Below, piece by piece: positions 63,401 to 64,000 of a stretch of 64,000 nucleotides of DNA (its first letter is position 1; every line of letters starts with the position of its first letter). Position numbers and translations under genes: made by a program. The stretch covers positions 1 to 64,000 of the forward strand of contig KZ538094.1 in the NCBI GenBank assembly GCA_000934665.2. The letters are read 5' to 3'. Under the pieces are notes generated by a model. It made no database searches. It was not told the origin of the DNA and saw only the letters and a program-made list of their open reading frames with translations. This DNA is from Catajapyx aquilonaris (lineage: Eukaryota).

Positions 63401-64000
63401 ACTAGCTGTACAAATTTATCTCCTAAAATGTAGGCGAACCGTAAAAATCGGTCAGTCAGGCTCAGTGAAGTGGGTGAGTTGACTGATTCCTATCTGAAGA
63501 GGCCCTTCTTCTGGAGGATGAACCTCAGTTCTGCTTCAGTCACCTCCCTTGCCCACTCTACAATTACGCCATTAGGACAACCAGTTATTATATTCATAAT
63601 TCGATTTTTTAACCTTATCGGGCACCGCATCCACCCAAAGTTTCGTGGGAAATGTGGCCACACAAGAATGTGTCCAATGACAAGGGGGGACTCCCTCCAA
63701 GTTTGACATCCCTCGATTTCTCACGTTCCTCGCTTGGGCTACTCGACTTATTCGTCGGCGTGACCTCTGCCCTCCGAAGTACCTGGACACCAGTGATTCT
63801 TCCCTGCAAGGAGAGTCAGAGACATAAAAAAGGAGAGAGAAGAGTGCCGGCTCCAACAATCCTGAGAAGGTGGGGGCCATTCATCAGGATAGTGCTGGGT
63901 GTGACCTCAGACCAAGGACACGGATTATTGCCCCGACCAAGGTAGATCCCCACCATGACAAGTGGAAATGGAGGTGATTCTCTGGCGCTTTCTCACTGCC

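Overview
Eukaryotic (arthropod, most likely insect) genomic DNA, with no prokaryotic features. The left half (1 to ~32.3 kb) is visibly CpG-poor and packed with MITEs, mariner relics, tRNA-derived SINEs and an R1-like LINE. It holds the first two coding exons of a DHX35-like DEAH-box helicase (minus strand) and an intact ceramide phosphoethanolamine synthase (CPES) ORF on the same strand, apparently inside the helicase intron. A CpG-rich promoter-like zone at ~32.4-34.6 kb includes a dense E-box cluster. The most interesting result is missed by the ORF track: a diverged inverted duplication (~42.8-44.65 kb vs ~46.6-47.75 kb) whose arms each carry an intact three-exon gene for a 61-aa or 67-aa CxCxxC microprotein. 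Intron phases are conserved, indels are in frame, and about 42% of core residues are identical; I do not recognise the family. The rest is mostly non-coding, with an EnSpm/CACTA-type transposase relic near 48.4-49.2 kb. All calls are by-eye sequence reading; no searches were run.
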